Below, piece after piece: positions 34,833 through 48,284 of a stretch of 64,000 nucleotides of DNA (position 1 is the stretch's first letter; each line of letters starts with the position of its first letter). The DNA lies in contig NC_068983.1 in the NCBI RefSeq assembly GCF_001194135.2, positions 69,502,819-69,566,818 of the forward strand. Direction: 5' to 3'. The position numbers and the translations under genes are program-made. A model generated the notes under the pieces. The model was given only the letters and a program-made list of their open reading frames with translations. It ran no database searches and was not told the DNA's origin. Source of the DNA: Octopus bimaculoides (Eukaryota).

Positions 34833-36111
34833 TTGAGTTGGAAAGAAAGTAATTTCGGTTTTTTAGTGTGAAATAAAAGCCATTTTTTTTTTTCACACAA
34901 AGAATGAACTTTAATCAATTATATATTTTCCATTTTGTTCGATGATCTTTTGCCATTTTTCTGGCAACTTCATGATTCTGCGTTCATAGAATTTCTGGTT
35001 CTTAGCCAAAAACTGAAACAAGTGTAATTTCAGGTCATCATCATTATTGAAAGTTTTACCATTCAAAGAATTTTGCAAACTTGGAAATAAACAGTAATCT
35101 GATGGTGCAAGATCAGGGCTATATAGTGGATGTGACATCACTTCCCAACCAAGCTTCAGTAATTTTTCATGAGTTGGCAAAGACGTGTGTGATCTAGCGT
35201 TGTCATGGTGGAATACGATTCCTTTACGATTTGCTAATTCTGGCCATTTTTCTCTGATTGTTTCCTCCAGTTTCATTAGCTGTTGACAGTAAACATCTGA
35301 AATGATCGTTTGGTTCCTTGGAAGCAGCTCAAAATACACAGCACTTTTGTAATCCCACCAAATTGACTGTGTGACCTTTTTTTGATGCAATTCAGGTTTC
35401 GATGTGGTTTGTGCTGGTTTGGACCATGATCGTTTTTGATTGATGTTATTGGAGACAATCCATTTTTCCTCACCAGTGATCATTTGTTTAAAAATAAATT
35501 GATTTCATTGTGTTTGAGATGTATATCACAAATAGTGATTTATTGTGTTAAGTGACTCTCTTTCAATTTATGTGGAACCCAAATATTAAACTTCTTAATG
35601 AGTCTAAGACATTTTAAGTAATTTTCGATTGTTGTGTGTGACACATTTAACCTCTCTGCAATCTCTCGCACAATTATATGACAATCAGATTCACTTATGG
35701 CTTTGATTCAATCATCATCAACTTCAGTAGGTCGACCAAAACATTCCTTGTCTTTGAGTGAAAAAATCTCCAGAACAGAATTTTTAAAACCATTTGTGAC
35801 ATGTGCGTTCTGTTAAGTAATCAACACCATAAACTTCACATATCTCTTTGTGAGCCTCAACATCTTTCTTGCCTTTATGGAAATAAAAAAGCAAAATATA
35901 GTGAAAATGTTCGCTTTTACACTCCATGTTAAAATTGACACTGAACTAACAGCTGTAAACAAAATTATGTGCAATTTGCTTCTAAAGTAAGCTAAAAGTA
36001 ATGGCTATCAAATGTCAAAAGAAAAAAAAAATCACAACATTGACAAAAGTCATTCAAAAAATTTGTAACTATCTGTTTGCAAAAAACGAAATTACTTTCT
36101 TGCGAACCCAA
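34833..36111 (-). mobile_element. Full-length decayed mariner (D,D34D) transposon in RIOK3 intron 8
   Basis: About 30-bp imperfect TIRs (TTGAGTTGGAAAGAAAGTAATTTCG / reverse complement TTGGGTTCGCAAGAAAGTAATTTCG) with TA on both sides, 1279 bp. ORF 34911-35483 carries MITGEEKW, HHDNARSH and YSPDLAPSDY. The N-terminal half is disrupted. Confidence 0.92.
34911..35483 (-). pseudogene. Mariner transposase catalytic-domain remnant
   Basis: Canonical mariner motifs; the first catalytic Asp reads as Glu (TGEEKW); upstream HTH region broken. Confidence 0.85.
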
Positions 36112-36556
36112 TAAGTTGTAACAAGCTAGAATTCCTCAGAGAACTTGGTCTACACAGTATGAAGACATGGTTATATATATACTGAAGGCTAAAAAGTTTC
36201 AACATCACCTATAGGAATCAAGCCTTGTGTTTACTGTAAACTGTAGAGCCATGTTGATCTATTAACATCCACTTTCCATGCTGGCATGGATTAGATGGTT
36301 AGACTGGAACTGGTAAGCTGGAGGGCTCCATCAGGTTCCAATCTGATTTGGCACGGTTTCTATGACTGGATGCCCTTCCTAATGCCAACCACTCCAAGAG
36401 TGCAGTGGGTGCTTTTTACATGCCTCCGTGCCATATCTTCAATTATGAATGCTATATTTAAAACTGTCTGTAGTAAAATGAGTCTTGTAAGATAAAGTTG
36501 ATAACTTAAGTGTGATTTCTTCAGTGAAATATTACTTTACTTCTCTCTTTTCTCAG

Positions 36557-36727
36557 ATCTTAAGAGATATGTATCACAAGTGTAATTTAGTCCATGCTGA
36601 TCTCAGTGAATATAATTTGTTGTGGCATGACAACATTGTGTGGGTAATAGACGTTAGCCAGTCTGTTGAGCTCAGCCATCCTTCAGCAATGGAATTTCTT
36701 CTGCGAGATTGCTTCAACATTTGTAAA
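36557..36727 (+). CDS. RIOK3: RIOK3 exon 9 (ILRDMYHKCNLVHADLSEYNLLWH...IDVSQSVE...FLLRDC)
   Basis: TCTCAG acceptor, AAA|GTAAGT donor; catalytic loop HADLSEYN and metal-binding IDVSQ. Confidence 0.95.
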
Positions 36728-37635
36728 GTAAGTATAAAATTTTATCTGCTTGAATTTTGCTCATCTTACAGGGGATATCATGCAACAAACGAACCAAACA
36801 TTTAATAACGTTGACAAATTTAAGCAAGTGTGTATGATGTAGGGAAAATATGAGTATGGAATTTGCAAAGTACATGGTGTTGTCTCAACCGTTTTGATAC
36901 CAATTCATTGGAGACCATCCTTCGTTCTAAATTTCCTGTTTCAAAGTGATTTAAATTAAAACCGTCCATTGAAATTTCCTGGTAATTTATGTTTTAAACA
37001 CCAGATAATTTATAACAAAATTCTTCATTATTTTTTAACATTTATTGAAACAAATGCAGTGTATTTCAATAGAGAAAAAATAACAACAATAGAAAAAGGG
37101 CCAAACAGTTCTCCCTGGTAAAAGGCTTTGCTTTAAACACTAATATTCTAATCTCCCAAATAGCATCTAAACTTGCAGACAGTTTCTAACTTCAGTAAAT
37201 GATTTTTGCCAATGCACCTTATTGTAAGTTTCCTCAAACTTTATTCAAACTGCACTACTTCTTACATTTTCCATTCTACTCTATAAATATCTACAGATGT
37301 GATGTTATTGTTTTCAGTCTTTAATATTATTAGTTCCACCATTATTGCAGTGGGGTCATTAGAGAGGAAATATAATAATGTATACAAATGCTATATGTAG
37401 GAGGTTTGTGTTACAAGTTTGATGCAGAGAGTGTGAGGGATCTATTGCAACAGGAGAAGGATGAATGAACGTAGTCAGCTGGACACAATACAAGATGAAT
37501 GAGGGCAGCTGAGTGGAAAAAGTAACAGCATTGAAAGGTCTGATCAATGGATGCACTAACAATGACTTCACTAGCGCATAAATGGACAGTATATGTTGAC
37601 AGAATATGATATAATGGTAGTTATAATGAAGGTGC

Positions 37636-37920
37636 ATGGCTCATTAGTTAATGTCAGGTTCACAATCATGAGGTAGTGAGTTCGATTCCTGGACCAGGCT
37701 GTGTGTTGTGTTATTGAGCAAGATACTTTATTTCACATTGCTCCAGTTCACTCAGCCAAACTATATCAGCATTTGATTTTCCCTTGGATAACATCAGTAG
37801 CATGGAGAAGAGAAGCTGGAATGCATGGGCAACTGCTGGTCTTCCATAAACAACCTTGCCTGGACTTGTGCCTCAGAGGGTAACTTTCTTGGTGCAATCC
37901 CATGAACCAAAGGGGGTCTT
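37636..37920 (+). mobile_element. Another tRNA/CORE-like SINE (intron 9)
   Basis: GGCTCATTAGTTAA..GAGTTCGATTCC..GTGTTATTGAGCAAGATACTTTA. Confidence 0.55.
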
Positions 37921-38055
37921 CATTCAGTCCCTTAGCCATGGTTATGCCCTGTAATATAATATTTTTGTATGGTAATGTTGGGTTCTGTGACTAGTGGATT
38001 CTCCATAGAAGAAGTTTTTGAAAAATTAGCAGTAGCTGTGTTGGAGCTGAGTGGT

Positions 38056-38280
38056 TTAATTCTTTAGCGTTTAGATTTCTTTGTCAAATGTAATGCTTAT
38101 TTATTCACATTGTTTTGAATTAATCACATTATCCTGTAGCTTCAAGATTTCAATGGTGTGTTTGTATATTTTTAGAATGACATTGTAGGGTAGGTGTGAG
38201 AGGTTGGATCTGGTCAGTTTTAACATAAAACAGGTAAAATATTTGGGATGGATATGGCTGGATTAAATGGTAAAGCTACA
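38056..38280 (+). mobile_element. piggyBac-type MITE family 1 (copy 3)
   Basis: Colinear similarity with 8133-8353 (TGTCAAATGTAATGCTTATT...GTAGGTGTGAGAGG...AACATAAAACAG). Confidence 0.6.
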
Positions 38281-38353
38281 GGTGAAATTTCTTATCAGTA
38301 GTTCTTTTGCTGAACTTGAAAAATATTGACATTTTCTAACATTTCTTTTTCAG

Positions 38354-38458
38354 TTCTTTGAAAGCAATAATGTACCAGATATTCCCACTCCTGAAGAACT
38401 TTTCAATAGTGTCACAGATCTTCATTTTGAAGGCAAAGGTTCACTTTTTCTACATGCT
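38354..38458 (+). CDS. RIOK3: RIOK3 exon 10 (FFESNNVPDIPTPEELFNSVTDLHFEGKGSLFLHA)
   Basis: TTTTCAG acceptor, GCT|GTAAGT donor, 105 nt; FF...ELFN.V matches the RIO C-lobe. Confidence 0.88.
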
Positions 38459-38980
38459 GTAAGTTATCCACAAAGATTTAGTTCTATTTTTCATTTAAAA
38501 CAATTAGAGCCAGTGATTTTTTTCAGTTTGTGGTGATGCTAATGGTGGGAGTTCATACACAAAGACATTATTAGAGATAGTTAAAAATTTTCTACTGCCA
38601 GGAATGTTAGCATTTCTTGATGTACATGGGTGGCTGAATTTAATGTCAGCCAAAATAGTTTGAAGTATTTAGTTACATCCCTTTATGTTCTCAATTCCAA
38701 CTAGCGCTACTTTCATTTTTCTACTTTCTGGGTAGATATTCCAATAGATAAGGAACTGTTGCAGTTATTTTATTAAATCTTCCTAATTCAGTATTTAAAA
38801 AATCAATTGTAGTACATACATAGTGTGTAATTATTATGAATTTGTTAAGCTGTTGCTCGTCCTACCTGTTTATTCAAGTAGAAACTATCCTATGTAAATT
38901 GTTTATTGATAACCATTGATCAGATGATCCTAACAGTTAAATGTCAATTCTGAAGGAATTCACTGTTTGTTTTTTCACAG

Positions 38981-39136
38981 GTTCAACGTTTTGACAAAGA
39001 TAAGAAGGAAAAATTTAGAGCGTGTAAAGATTCTGAGAATTATGCTTTTGATTATTTTTTTGAAAATTCTGTTCCTGGATTAACAGAACCAGATGATGAA
39101 GAGAATTTGAACAGTGAAGATGCTGATTCAAGTTAA
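38981..39136 (+). CDS. RIOK3: RIOK3 terminal exon 11 (VQRFDKDKK...NYAFDYFFE...SEDADSS*)
   Basis: TTTCACAG acceptor, in-frame TAA at 39134-39136, acidic tail. Confidence 0.8.
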   Translation, partial: VQRFDKDKKEKFRACKDSENYAFDYFFENSVPGLTEPDDEENLNSEDADSS

Positions 39137-39788
39137 TTCATGTCATATTTGAGTAAATATGCTGTTCTTCTTTGAAAGACTATCTTCTCCTGTTTCTAAC
39201 TTCCTTTTGCTTTATCAAGCTTTCATTCTTCCCCACCGTCAGGTCTTTAATATTCCTCATTTATATGCATTATTATGCAGATTATTCTTTCCTTATATTT
39301 ATGTCCAGATTGTCTCCTGTGATTATATATTTAATGAAATGCTAGAATCCAAGGAGACTAATATTTGACTGTGTTAGCAAAAGCATCAATTCAACAAAAA
39401 TTTATGAAACAGACTGTCTATTGTGAGTGGGAGATAATTATATTTCAAGTCAGGGCCCATCGTCAGAAGGAAAATATAAAATACACACCATCTTTGACAG
39501 TGTAAGGTCCCTTTGCATTTTCTTCTTGTGGCACACAATCATATTCTGTTTTGTGAACTTTATTTTGCTGAATAAGAATTTTGTTTAAATTAACTTAGAC
39601 ACGGTCCTTCTTTTTACCCCTAAAACCCATGTGCCAACTTGCAAATGAAGGCAGGAACTAACAAAGTAGTAAAGAAAAGATTGAGCCTCACTGAATGTAA
39701 ATGATTCTAGCTATTCTAGCCTGTCCATTTCAGTAAGCTCTTATGTTTTAAATACTCGAGAAGAACTAGTTGGTTAAAATATTTCCAC

Positions 39789-39832
<44 letters not shown>

Positions 39833-40033
39833 GCACACACACACACATATACACACACACACATATATATATATATTTATTTATGTGTGTGTTGGTATAA
39901 ACACAATGCTTATGACGTTAATGTTAGACTGTTCACCAAATAATAATGACTACTACATCTGTTGCTTTGTATGTGTCCCCTGCCCCACCAAGGCATCTAA
40001 TTATGTTTCCTCCATTGTTTCTTTACTAAATGG

Positions 40034-40039
40034 AATAAA
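40034..40039 (+). terminator. Candidate RIOK3 polyadenylation signal AATAAA
   Basis: Canonical hexamer about 0.9 kb after the stop codon; not unique in AT-rich DNA. Confidence 0.25.
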
Positions 40040-41997
40040 AGAAAGTTGATGCAATTGGTAACATCAGTAATCAGATCATAGGTGCATGAAGACATTTTTT
40101 TGATGCTCAGTTGTATGTAATGCTATTACAAAACAAAACAAAAACTAACACAAGAAAACAAAACAAGTGTGTATCTGTTTTTTTTTTTTTTAATGTTTAC
40201 CATGATTCTACCACAATGCAAAAGAAAAAAAAATTGAAAAGAATCACGAAAGTGTTTCAGCTTTGTGGTAAAGTGGGTAGCAGTTGAAAAAGGAATATAA
40301 TTATGAAACTAAGTGTTCTACCTTGAAAAATGGTTGTAAAGAAGTAACAGAAAGGAAGTTGCATATGCATTCACATGAAGACATGCACACAGGAATATAC
40401 ATTTGCATACACATGCATATGCACGTCTATATCAGCATGTACAAATATGTATGTGTTTATACATGAAGGCTCATGCATTCTTACTTGTGGATGCATTTTC
40501 TCATATATGCTTACATATATATGAACACATAAGAACATGAATTCATACAACATGTACTTACATGTACTTCTCTGTTAAGACTAAAGCAAACTAGAGAATT
40601 CATACATGTGTATGTACACACAAATATACATACTCATACATTTAGTATACACATATGTATGTATTTACATACATATATATCAGCAACAGTTGATTGAGGG
40701 TATATCAAGTGCAGCATAGGTGACCTAGAAACACAGATTAAACTCAGACACTCCACATTGTATGGTGAATTGAACTCTTGTATAAAGTCCTACCTCCTGA
40801 TATGATCCAATGTAATCTTTCTATATAGGGTAGATTCCTCCTTCTCACTACCAATGCAAAACCTCTACAGTGCAAGGTAAACCCTTAGTATACATCAATG
40901 TCAGTCGTGTATATTAGGAGCCAATTTTGATGTGATCATTGACATAATTTGTTGAAGCAATGCAACATAACTGTTATCAATGCTGCAAGCTGATTAAAAC
41001 ACTTATCAACTATATGCTGCTCTAGCTGAACTGTTTGCTATGTAACTACAGTTTAAGGAACTGGTCCTTGGCCATACAGAGAAAAACAGAGACTATTGAC
41101 CCTTTGGTCAAAAGTCCAGCCAACATCTAATTGATCCTATTAACTGTGACTGTATCACCNNNNNNNNNNNNNNNNNNNNNNNNNNNNNNNNNNNNCCAAA
41201 CAAACACTTGCACCTAAAAAAAAAGATTATGTAGTTGAAGAAAAATATATTTGTGTGTGAAATTGTGGAGTTTGAAGCTTTGTCCAAAGAACTGAGTGAT
41301 TTTTATAATCTCAAATTGTTTCTAGTCAGAAGGATGGCAAGTGAGGTAGGAGCAGACATCCTAGATGTAGATGTGATGGAGTACAATATTTCCTGGGCCT
41401 GTGGAGCTTTTTAATTAAAATGGTAGTACCAAGTGTCTGTGTGACTGGGTTCTGAGAATCCTTGCTACAACCTTGTTTTTACTGTTAATTACTGAACACT
41501 ATAAGGTGGTGAGCTTGCAGAATGGTTAGTGCATTGGACAAAATGCTTGATGATATTCCTTCAGTCACTTTATGTTCTAAGTTCAAATCCCACTGAGATC
41601 AATTTTGCTTTTTGTCCTTTCAGAATCAATAAAATAAAGTACCAGTCAAGTACTGGGGTTGATGTAATTTACTTACCCTCTCCCCTCAAGACGACTTTCC
41701 TTTCAACATTTGGAACAATTATTGAACATCATACAATGTCACAGTTTTCGTAATGGTGTCAGTTATGCTGCCCCCCTCACCACTACACCACTACCACTTA
41801 TTCCAAAAACAATGTGATTATTATTCAGTTTGATCCAGTTATTAATTAGTACTAGTTGGGAACTAGTGTAATGGCTACTGTACAGCTAAATGGAAGTGGT
41901 ATTCTGGTAATCAAGTGATATACCTACAGTGAATAACTGACTACTGGACACTGTGGAGCTACATCAAGTAGGAAATGGTTGTTGTTGTTTAGCTCCA

Positions 41998-42170
41998 TCA
42001 TCATCATCATCATCGTTTAACGTCCGCTTTCCATGCTAGCATGGGTTGGACGATTTGACTGAGGACTGGTGAACCAGAAGGCTTACAACAGGCTCCAATC
42101 TGATTTGGCAGTTTCTACAGTTGGATGCCCTTCCTAATGCCAACCACTCCGAGAGTGAGTGGGTGCTTAA
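41998..42170 (-). mobile_element. RTE 3' tail copy (others at 4105-4297 +, 12705-12915 -, 36265-36428 -, 44335-44475 +)
   Basis: CATCATCGTTTAACGTCCGCTTTCCATGCTAGCATGGGTTGGACG, same family as above. Confidence 0.8.
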
Positions 42171-44540
42171 AGATACTTTAGTTGTACTTTGTTACCCCTA
42201 CTCTACCTGATACTACATCCATGTTGACTCGTATGCACTCCTCTACAACGCACACACATCAGATAGCCTCATACACACATACATATACACAAACAAAATA
42301 CACACACAAGCACACACTAACTTCATACACACACACTTTATCCAACAGCCCCATATTCACACACTAACTGAAAGCAGGGACACATACTTGCTCTCATACA
42401 CAAACACATTATATACATGCACACAGTAGTCACATACACACTTATATTCGATACACATATCACATATCAGATAGCCTCACACACCCACACATACATTAGC
42501 ATCACATACTCATACACACATCCATGTGCTCACCCACCCACACACACACACTTTAGCTTGGCCACTGTCGTCTCCCTTGCCACTCATGCCTCCAGCCACT
42601 TCTTTTCTGGTCAATTCAACATGTGTAACCGTTAATTTGGACATATTTTTTCTCCCCATTTTGTTCTTTCTCTTTTTTTCCTCCTCACTCTTCTTTCTAG
42701 AAGAGCATAGGTTTGAAACATCAAAGACTTTTTCTATTTTTCCTGAGTGTCAAACTAATACACCCTCTTTGTTGTTCTTTTGCCTGTCTTTTTTTCTATA
42801 TTTTTGAATTGTTTTTAGAAAGATTTATTTTGGTTGCTTGATACTTGCAGTTTAGTATTTTTCAAAGCATCTCATGCTGTCTTAAAAAGTGATGCTTATT
42901 TTAGATAATGAAGTCCTAGTTAGTCTTAGAAAATAGTTGGGTTGGCCATAGTTGGAATGCTTTTAAGCATAGATCTGATCAGTTAAACCTCATTTGAGGC
43001 CAAACGACAACATATGATTTGAATGTATCGAGTATCCAGTGGAATACTTGATGCATTCAAATAGCTACTTGATGTGTGGTGAATTGATCATGTTATTATG
43101 TACAATCATAAATTCCACTGCCAGAATGAACCACTCAAATTTACATACCACTAAAATCGAAGTTTTGATTTTAGCATACATAAGTCATGGATATTTGTTT
43201 ACTTTCATCAATATAGAATTTTTGAGTGGTTGAATTTTTTTTTTTATTAACACCTAATCATAGAATGAAAAGCAATACTCATGATCCTTTATATATTCTG
43301 GGTATCTAAGATAGGTGGCCATTAAACAGGTTGTGATGCTGAATGAAGTGATGGTTATGTCTGTCACTTGGAAAATTGGAATGCAAAGAGCTGAAACAAA
43401 CATTGCAAAGTTTTCTGTATCTGATGTTCTAACAGTTTTGCCCCCGATTTACTTGGGTCAGCTAAGTAAAGTATTAATAGCTTTAGTTATGATGTTAAAA
43501 ACAAAATTAAATGTATAGTTTTTTTAACAACTAATTTTGGATTGAATGAAGAATATGTGGTAATATTTTTAAAAATATTTTAAACTAAAACATAAAAGGA
43601 AAAAAAATGTTATTTTAATATACTTTCTTTTTCCATTATATGGAACTTTGTTGAACCAATAATTAAACTACTTATAAAATATTCTTCATTCAGTTCTTGA
43701 GTAACCCTAAAGAAATTTATGAATGTCATATATCTATCTATCTATCTATCTATCTACCTATCTTTATACACACACACACACATGAATTCACACAAACATA
43801 TAAATTGAAAGAGAATATATTCTGTAAATTTTTGAAAATTAAATTTGGGTTTATAATTGTTATTCAATATTTGCCCTAAATAACAGTTAATTGTAACTGT
43901 TACTGATTATCTTATAAGATCATCTTATGAGATTATTGGCTTCCGACAGCAGCAAAAAATGTATTTATTTTTTTTATACAGACCTTATTTTAACCTCTGT
44001 ATGAAGATACCCGCTTGTAAATCTATTTTATTATAAACAATAAAATAAATTACATAATTTTTTTTTTTAATGTCAATTCGTAATTTATTAAATTTTATTA
44101 TTTATATTCGTTTTATAGAATTTTGTTTTGGTATAGCCCCTATAGCAAGACTGTCAGTATCCTCAGGGGCCCACAGTGTTAAATGTGGCCTTCCTTTTTG
44201 TAAGATGTGAAATTCATTTTAAGGGAGGTTTGGTTGCTATCTCTTGCTTTTTGAGCATTCAAATAGTAGTTTTCTTGTTGGTTTATAATAATTGTTTGGT
44301 AGATACAGTGGCAGGCAACTTCACATTTTTATATAAACTTAGGAAGGGCATCCAGCTGTAGAAACTCTGCCAAATCAGATTGGAGCCTAGTGTAGCCTTC
44401 GGGTTCCACCAGTCTTCAGTCAAATCGTCCAACCCATGCTAGCATGGAAAGTGGACGTTAAACGATGATGATGATATAGGGGAGGTAATCATGAGTTAGG
44501 AAATGAAAAGACAAGCAGAGATATCTTTGGGCAGTTTATC

Positions 44541-44661
44541 TTATTCTTTGTAAGCCTAGTACTTGTTCTATCGGTCTCTTGCCGAACCGCTTAGTTACGG
44601 GGATGTAAACACACCACCATCGGTTGTCAAGCGAAGTTGGGGGGGACAAACACAGACATAC

Positions 44662-44692
<31 letters not shown>

Positions 44693-44857
44693 TATTATGA
44701 CGGGCTTCTTTCAGTTTCCGTCTACCTAATCCACTCACAAGGCTTTGGTTGGCCCGAGGCTATAGTAGAAGACACTTGCCCAAGGTGCCACACGGTGGGA
44801 ATGAACCCGGAACCATGTGGTTGGTAAGCAAGCTACTTACCACACAGCCACTCCTGC
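44541..44857 (-). mobile_element. tRNA-derived CORE-like SINE family B (others 10822-11465 -, 47332-47664 -, 48592-49445 -, tails 15735-15938 + and 46700-46910 +)
   Basis: Minus head GCAGGAGTGGCTGTGTGGTAAG...GGTTCATTCCC; CORE-like CACCTTGGGCAAGTGTCTT; internal (CA/TA) microsatellite; shared tail ...GTACTAGGCTTACAAAGAATAAG. Confidence 0.8.
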
Positions 44858-45488
44858 GATTTAAAATTTAAATTGCAAAACAGACAACTAGTATTTAGAA
44901 TTCGCTGTGTATACCTACATATCTGAAGGGTAACTGTAAGCAGGACTTGTATAAATATTTTATAAAGAATATCTCTTGTTTTGTTTGCAATATACTTTTC
45001 CTTATCTATGTGACATAGCTCTTCTGAAAGGTCATATGCATAACTAATTACTTTGTGAAAACGAAAACAATTATTGACTGAATATTTATTTTTTATTTTT
45101 TTTATCTCTTATTTTAAAATATCTTCTTATGCAATGCTTTATGTGACACATCTCAAATTGCTGTGTATTTATATTTTTGCAGGAAGGACAAAAAAAACAA
45201 AACCTTATTTTTACCAAATCACTTGTAGCCTTCGTCGTCTTCAAAATAGCCAAAGGAAGGCTTGGTTGGATTTAACAGGTCTGATTTCTATCAGGAATGT
45301 GGCAGAAATTAATCTGAAAACTCAATCTTCAGCAATATAATAGTGCTTATAAAAGTAATAAATGTTATTAATTAGTTTATTTATTTATTACTAAATTATT
45401 TAATAAATGCTAAAATAAGTAGAATGGTTTCATAAATAAAGATAAGAAAATTTGGTTTAATTTAATTTTTCGGCTGAATATTGTTAAG

Positions 45489-45832
45489 CGTCGCCTTCCT
45501 GGCACTTGTGCCGGTAGCACATGTAAAGACATTCGAACGAGATTGTTGCCAGTGCCGCTGGACTGGCTCCTGTGCAGGTGGCACATAAAATACACCATTT
45601 CGAGTGTGGCTGTTGCCAGTACCGCCTGACTGGCCTTCGTGCCGGTGGCACGTAAAAGCACCCACTACACTCTCTTTTGTGGTAGGCGTTAAGAAGGGCA
45701 TCCAGCTGTAAAAACTCTGCCAAATCAGATTGGAGCCTGGTGTAGCCATGCGGTTTCAGCAGTCCTCAGTCAAATCGTCCAACCCATGCTAGCAAGGAAA
45801 GCGGATGTTAAACGATGTTGATGATGATGATG
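45489..45832 (+). mobile_element. RTE 3' UTR/tail copy
   Basis: Near-colinear with 3170-3478. Confidence 0.8.
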
Positions 45833-48284
45833 AGTGTTATTTGGTCACATTTTCAGTGAAGATAGGTGACTATTCTTTGCTACATCAATGAAGACAATTT
45901 GGTTAACTTCTAGCTATTGAATTTAAATAAATATATTTTCATGTCCTATTTAGATAAATAACTGAGTCCATTTTAGCAATTTAGTGATTCTGTAGTTATC
46001 TGAAACTGTGGTGCAGGCTAATTAACCATACATTAATTTTACAACATTCTTGTTGCCTATAATAGTGAAGTATATGTTCCCTGTTTATAAGTAGCTGCTA
46101 AAGTTGAGTGTTCATTTCCCAGCATGATGGAACCCAGTATCTGTGAATAAAGGATGCAGTTCTGCATCTTATGAACAATAGCCTCTCAAATGATAGTCTG
46201 ACTCTGTCAACATATCTGACTGTCCTTTTACCAGTTTTGATATCACCTAAACCTATGGTTATCAAGCTGACATATACCAGACCCTGTTGAAATGGTGAAA
46301 ATTTTTGGTACCCCTGATTCTTCACCATCAAGAAGACAAACATGGTTTGCATCCATATAATTCTTTTGTCGTGAGCATTATTTTAGTCAAGTGTAAAATT
46401 TTGGTAATCATCATCATTATTTAATAAACGTAGCAATTTGTCCATTTCCTTTAACCCTGACATGGTGTTCATGCTCTTGTGGGAATATCTTAAATGTCAT
46501 CTCTGCTGGATTTGCAGTAAAATAGTAATGAACAGCATACATAGAAAGAGAAGATGCAGCTGATTCTGTCCATTAATTTGCCTGCAGTCATTATTCTTAA
46601 TTCTGTTCTTGCTTCTCGACCACATGGTTCTAAGATCAGTCTCACTGTGTAGAACCTTAGGTTTGACCAAAATATTGTGCATGAAAGAAGTCCATCATAT
46701 TTATGTGTCTGTGTTTTTCCCCACCACCACTTGACAACCGGTGTTGGTATGGTTACGTCCTTGTAACTTAGCAGTTTGGCAAAAGAGACTCATAGAATAA
46801 GGACTAGGCTTAAGAAAAAACAAGTCCTGGGGTCGATTTGTTTGACTAAAACCCTTCAAGGGGCTGCCTCAGCATGGCTGCAGTCAAATAACTGAAACAA
46901 ATAAAAGATAGTTATTTCAATTTGTAGAATTTCATTCTTGTTTTAGATTAGGCCCTGTTGGACCCTAATCAACCAAAGTTTAAGGTGAAAGACATTTCAG
47001 CTGTCACCATCCTGAAATTTTGTATACCTGGGGCTCCATTGTTAAATGTGGCCTTCCTTTTTGTAAGTCTGAGGTGTATTTTTAAGGGAGTTTTGGTTGC
47101 TATTTTTTTCAGGTTGACCATCATATGGTAGTTTTCTTGTTAGTTCATAATATTTCTTTGACTGATACAGTGGCAGGCAACATGAAAATACATATTAACT
47201 GGAGGCTACAGGGGAGGTAATCATGCAACTAGTTATTTTTTGCTCAAGTGAAGGGTAAAGTTAGACACATTAGCCTAGTTCTGAGAGGGCTAAGAAACAT
47301 TGACCTTGATATATGTACCTATACTCTCTCTCTTTTACTCTTTTACTTGTTTCAGTCATTTGACTGTGGCCATGCTGGAGCACTACCTTTAGTCGAGCAA
47401 ATTGACCCCAGGACTTATTCTTTGTAAGCCTAGTACTTATTCTATCGGTCTCTTTTGCCGAACCGCTAAGTTACGTGGACGTAAACACACTAGCATCGGT
47501 TGTCAAGCGATGTTGGGGGGGACAGACACTCAAACACACATACACACACATATATATATGCATATATACGACAGGCTTCTTTCAGTTTCTGTCTACCAAA
47601 TCCACTCACAAGGCTTTGGTCGGCCCGAGGCTATAGCAGAAGACACTTGCCCAAGGTGCCACGCCCAAGTCTTGAATTGTTGTCTGACTGTCAGTGTCAA
47701 ACCGATACTTTTGTTACCAGTGGTGATATCAGCTTGACCCATGTATGTCAATGAGTGGGAGCTTTCGATGATATTCTGAATTTGGTAACACTTACATGCC
47801 ATATACTTGAAATTAGCAGTGATATGACTTTATGACATATATAGAAGAAATTAAAACTAACTTGATAACATTTCGTTGAAGCAGTGTCATTTTATGTAAT
47901 AAAATACTTTGTCACGACTGCACATGAAGTGCAGATATACGGGTTATTGCAATTTTTAACTGAAAGACATCTGTCTGGTGAACGAATATACAAGGAAATG
48001 AAATGAAGTTTTAATGCCAACCCATGTCATGACTTCGGAAACGTGTGTCCATAATACGGTGTAAGGGAGATAATTCATGAATCATTGTTGGTTCATTTTT
48101 TTACGACAGTCTTTCATTACATTTTTCAATGTTTGAGCAGAGAACTATTCTTGGCTCAATTCAGGCTGACCGGGATCAAGTAGAACTAAGATAAAAAGCG
48201 TTCCAGTCATGACCATCCTATTTTCTATTCAGTCAAAGAGTATTTAATCAGTAACATGCATATATACATTCGCATATATGTATA

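Larger units (their letters stand above)
17657..39136 (+). other. RIOK3: RIO kinase 3 gene, 11 coding exons; joined CDS 1743 nt = 580 aa + stop
   Basis: Manual splicing of exons 17657-17874, 22066-22250, 23170-23295, 27272-27384, 27800-27937, 29815-30002, 32292-32474, 33459-33618, 36557-36727, 38354-38458 and 38981-39136 gives one open frame with GT-AG introns and matching phases. RIO motifs are STGKES, AIKVFKT, HADLSEYN and IDVSQSVE. The N-terminal VMSEQLA and TTKHD..CGRKN segments are typical of RIOK3 rather than RIOK1/2 (from recalled family sequences). Confidence 0.93.

Noticed and set aside
42690-42730. Penelope-type hammerhead-ribozyme-like motif CTAGAAGAGCATAGGTTTGAAAC
   Set aside because: The CUGANGA core and stem II are broken and no stems I/III can be drawn. 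At most it is a dead remnant.
46098-46682. Minus-strand ORFs at 46.1-46.7 kb (similar case at 28900-29350 and 8690-8810)
   Set aside because: Only faint similarity to decayed LINE ORF2 pieces, too weak to annotate and not gene-like.
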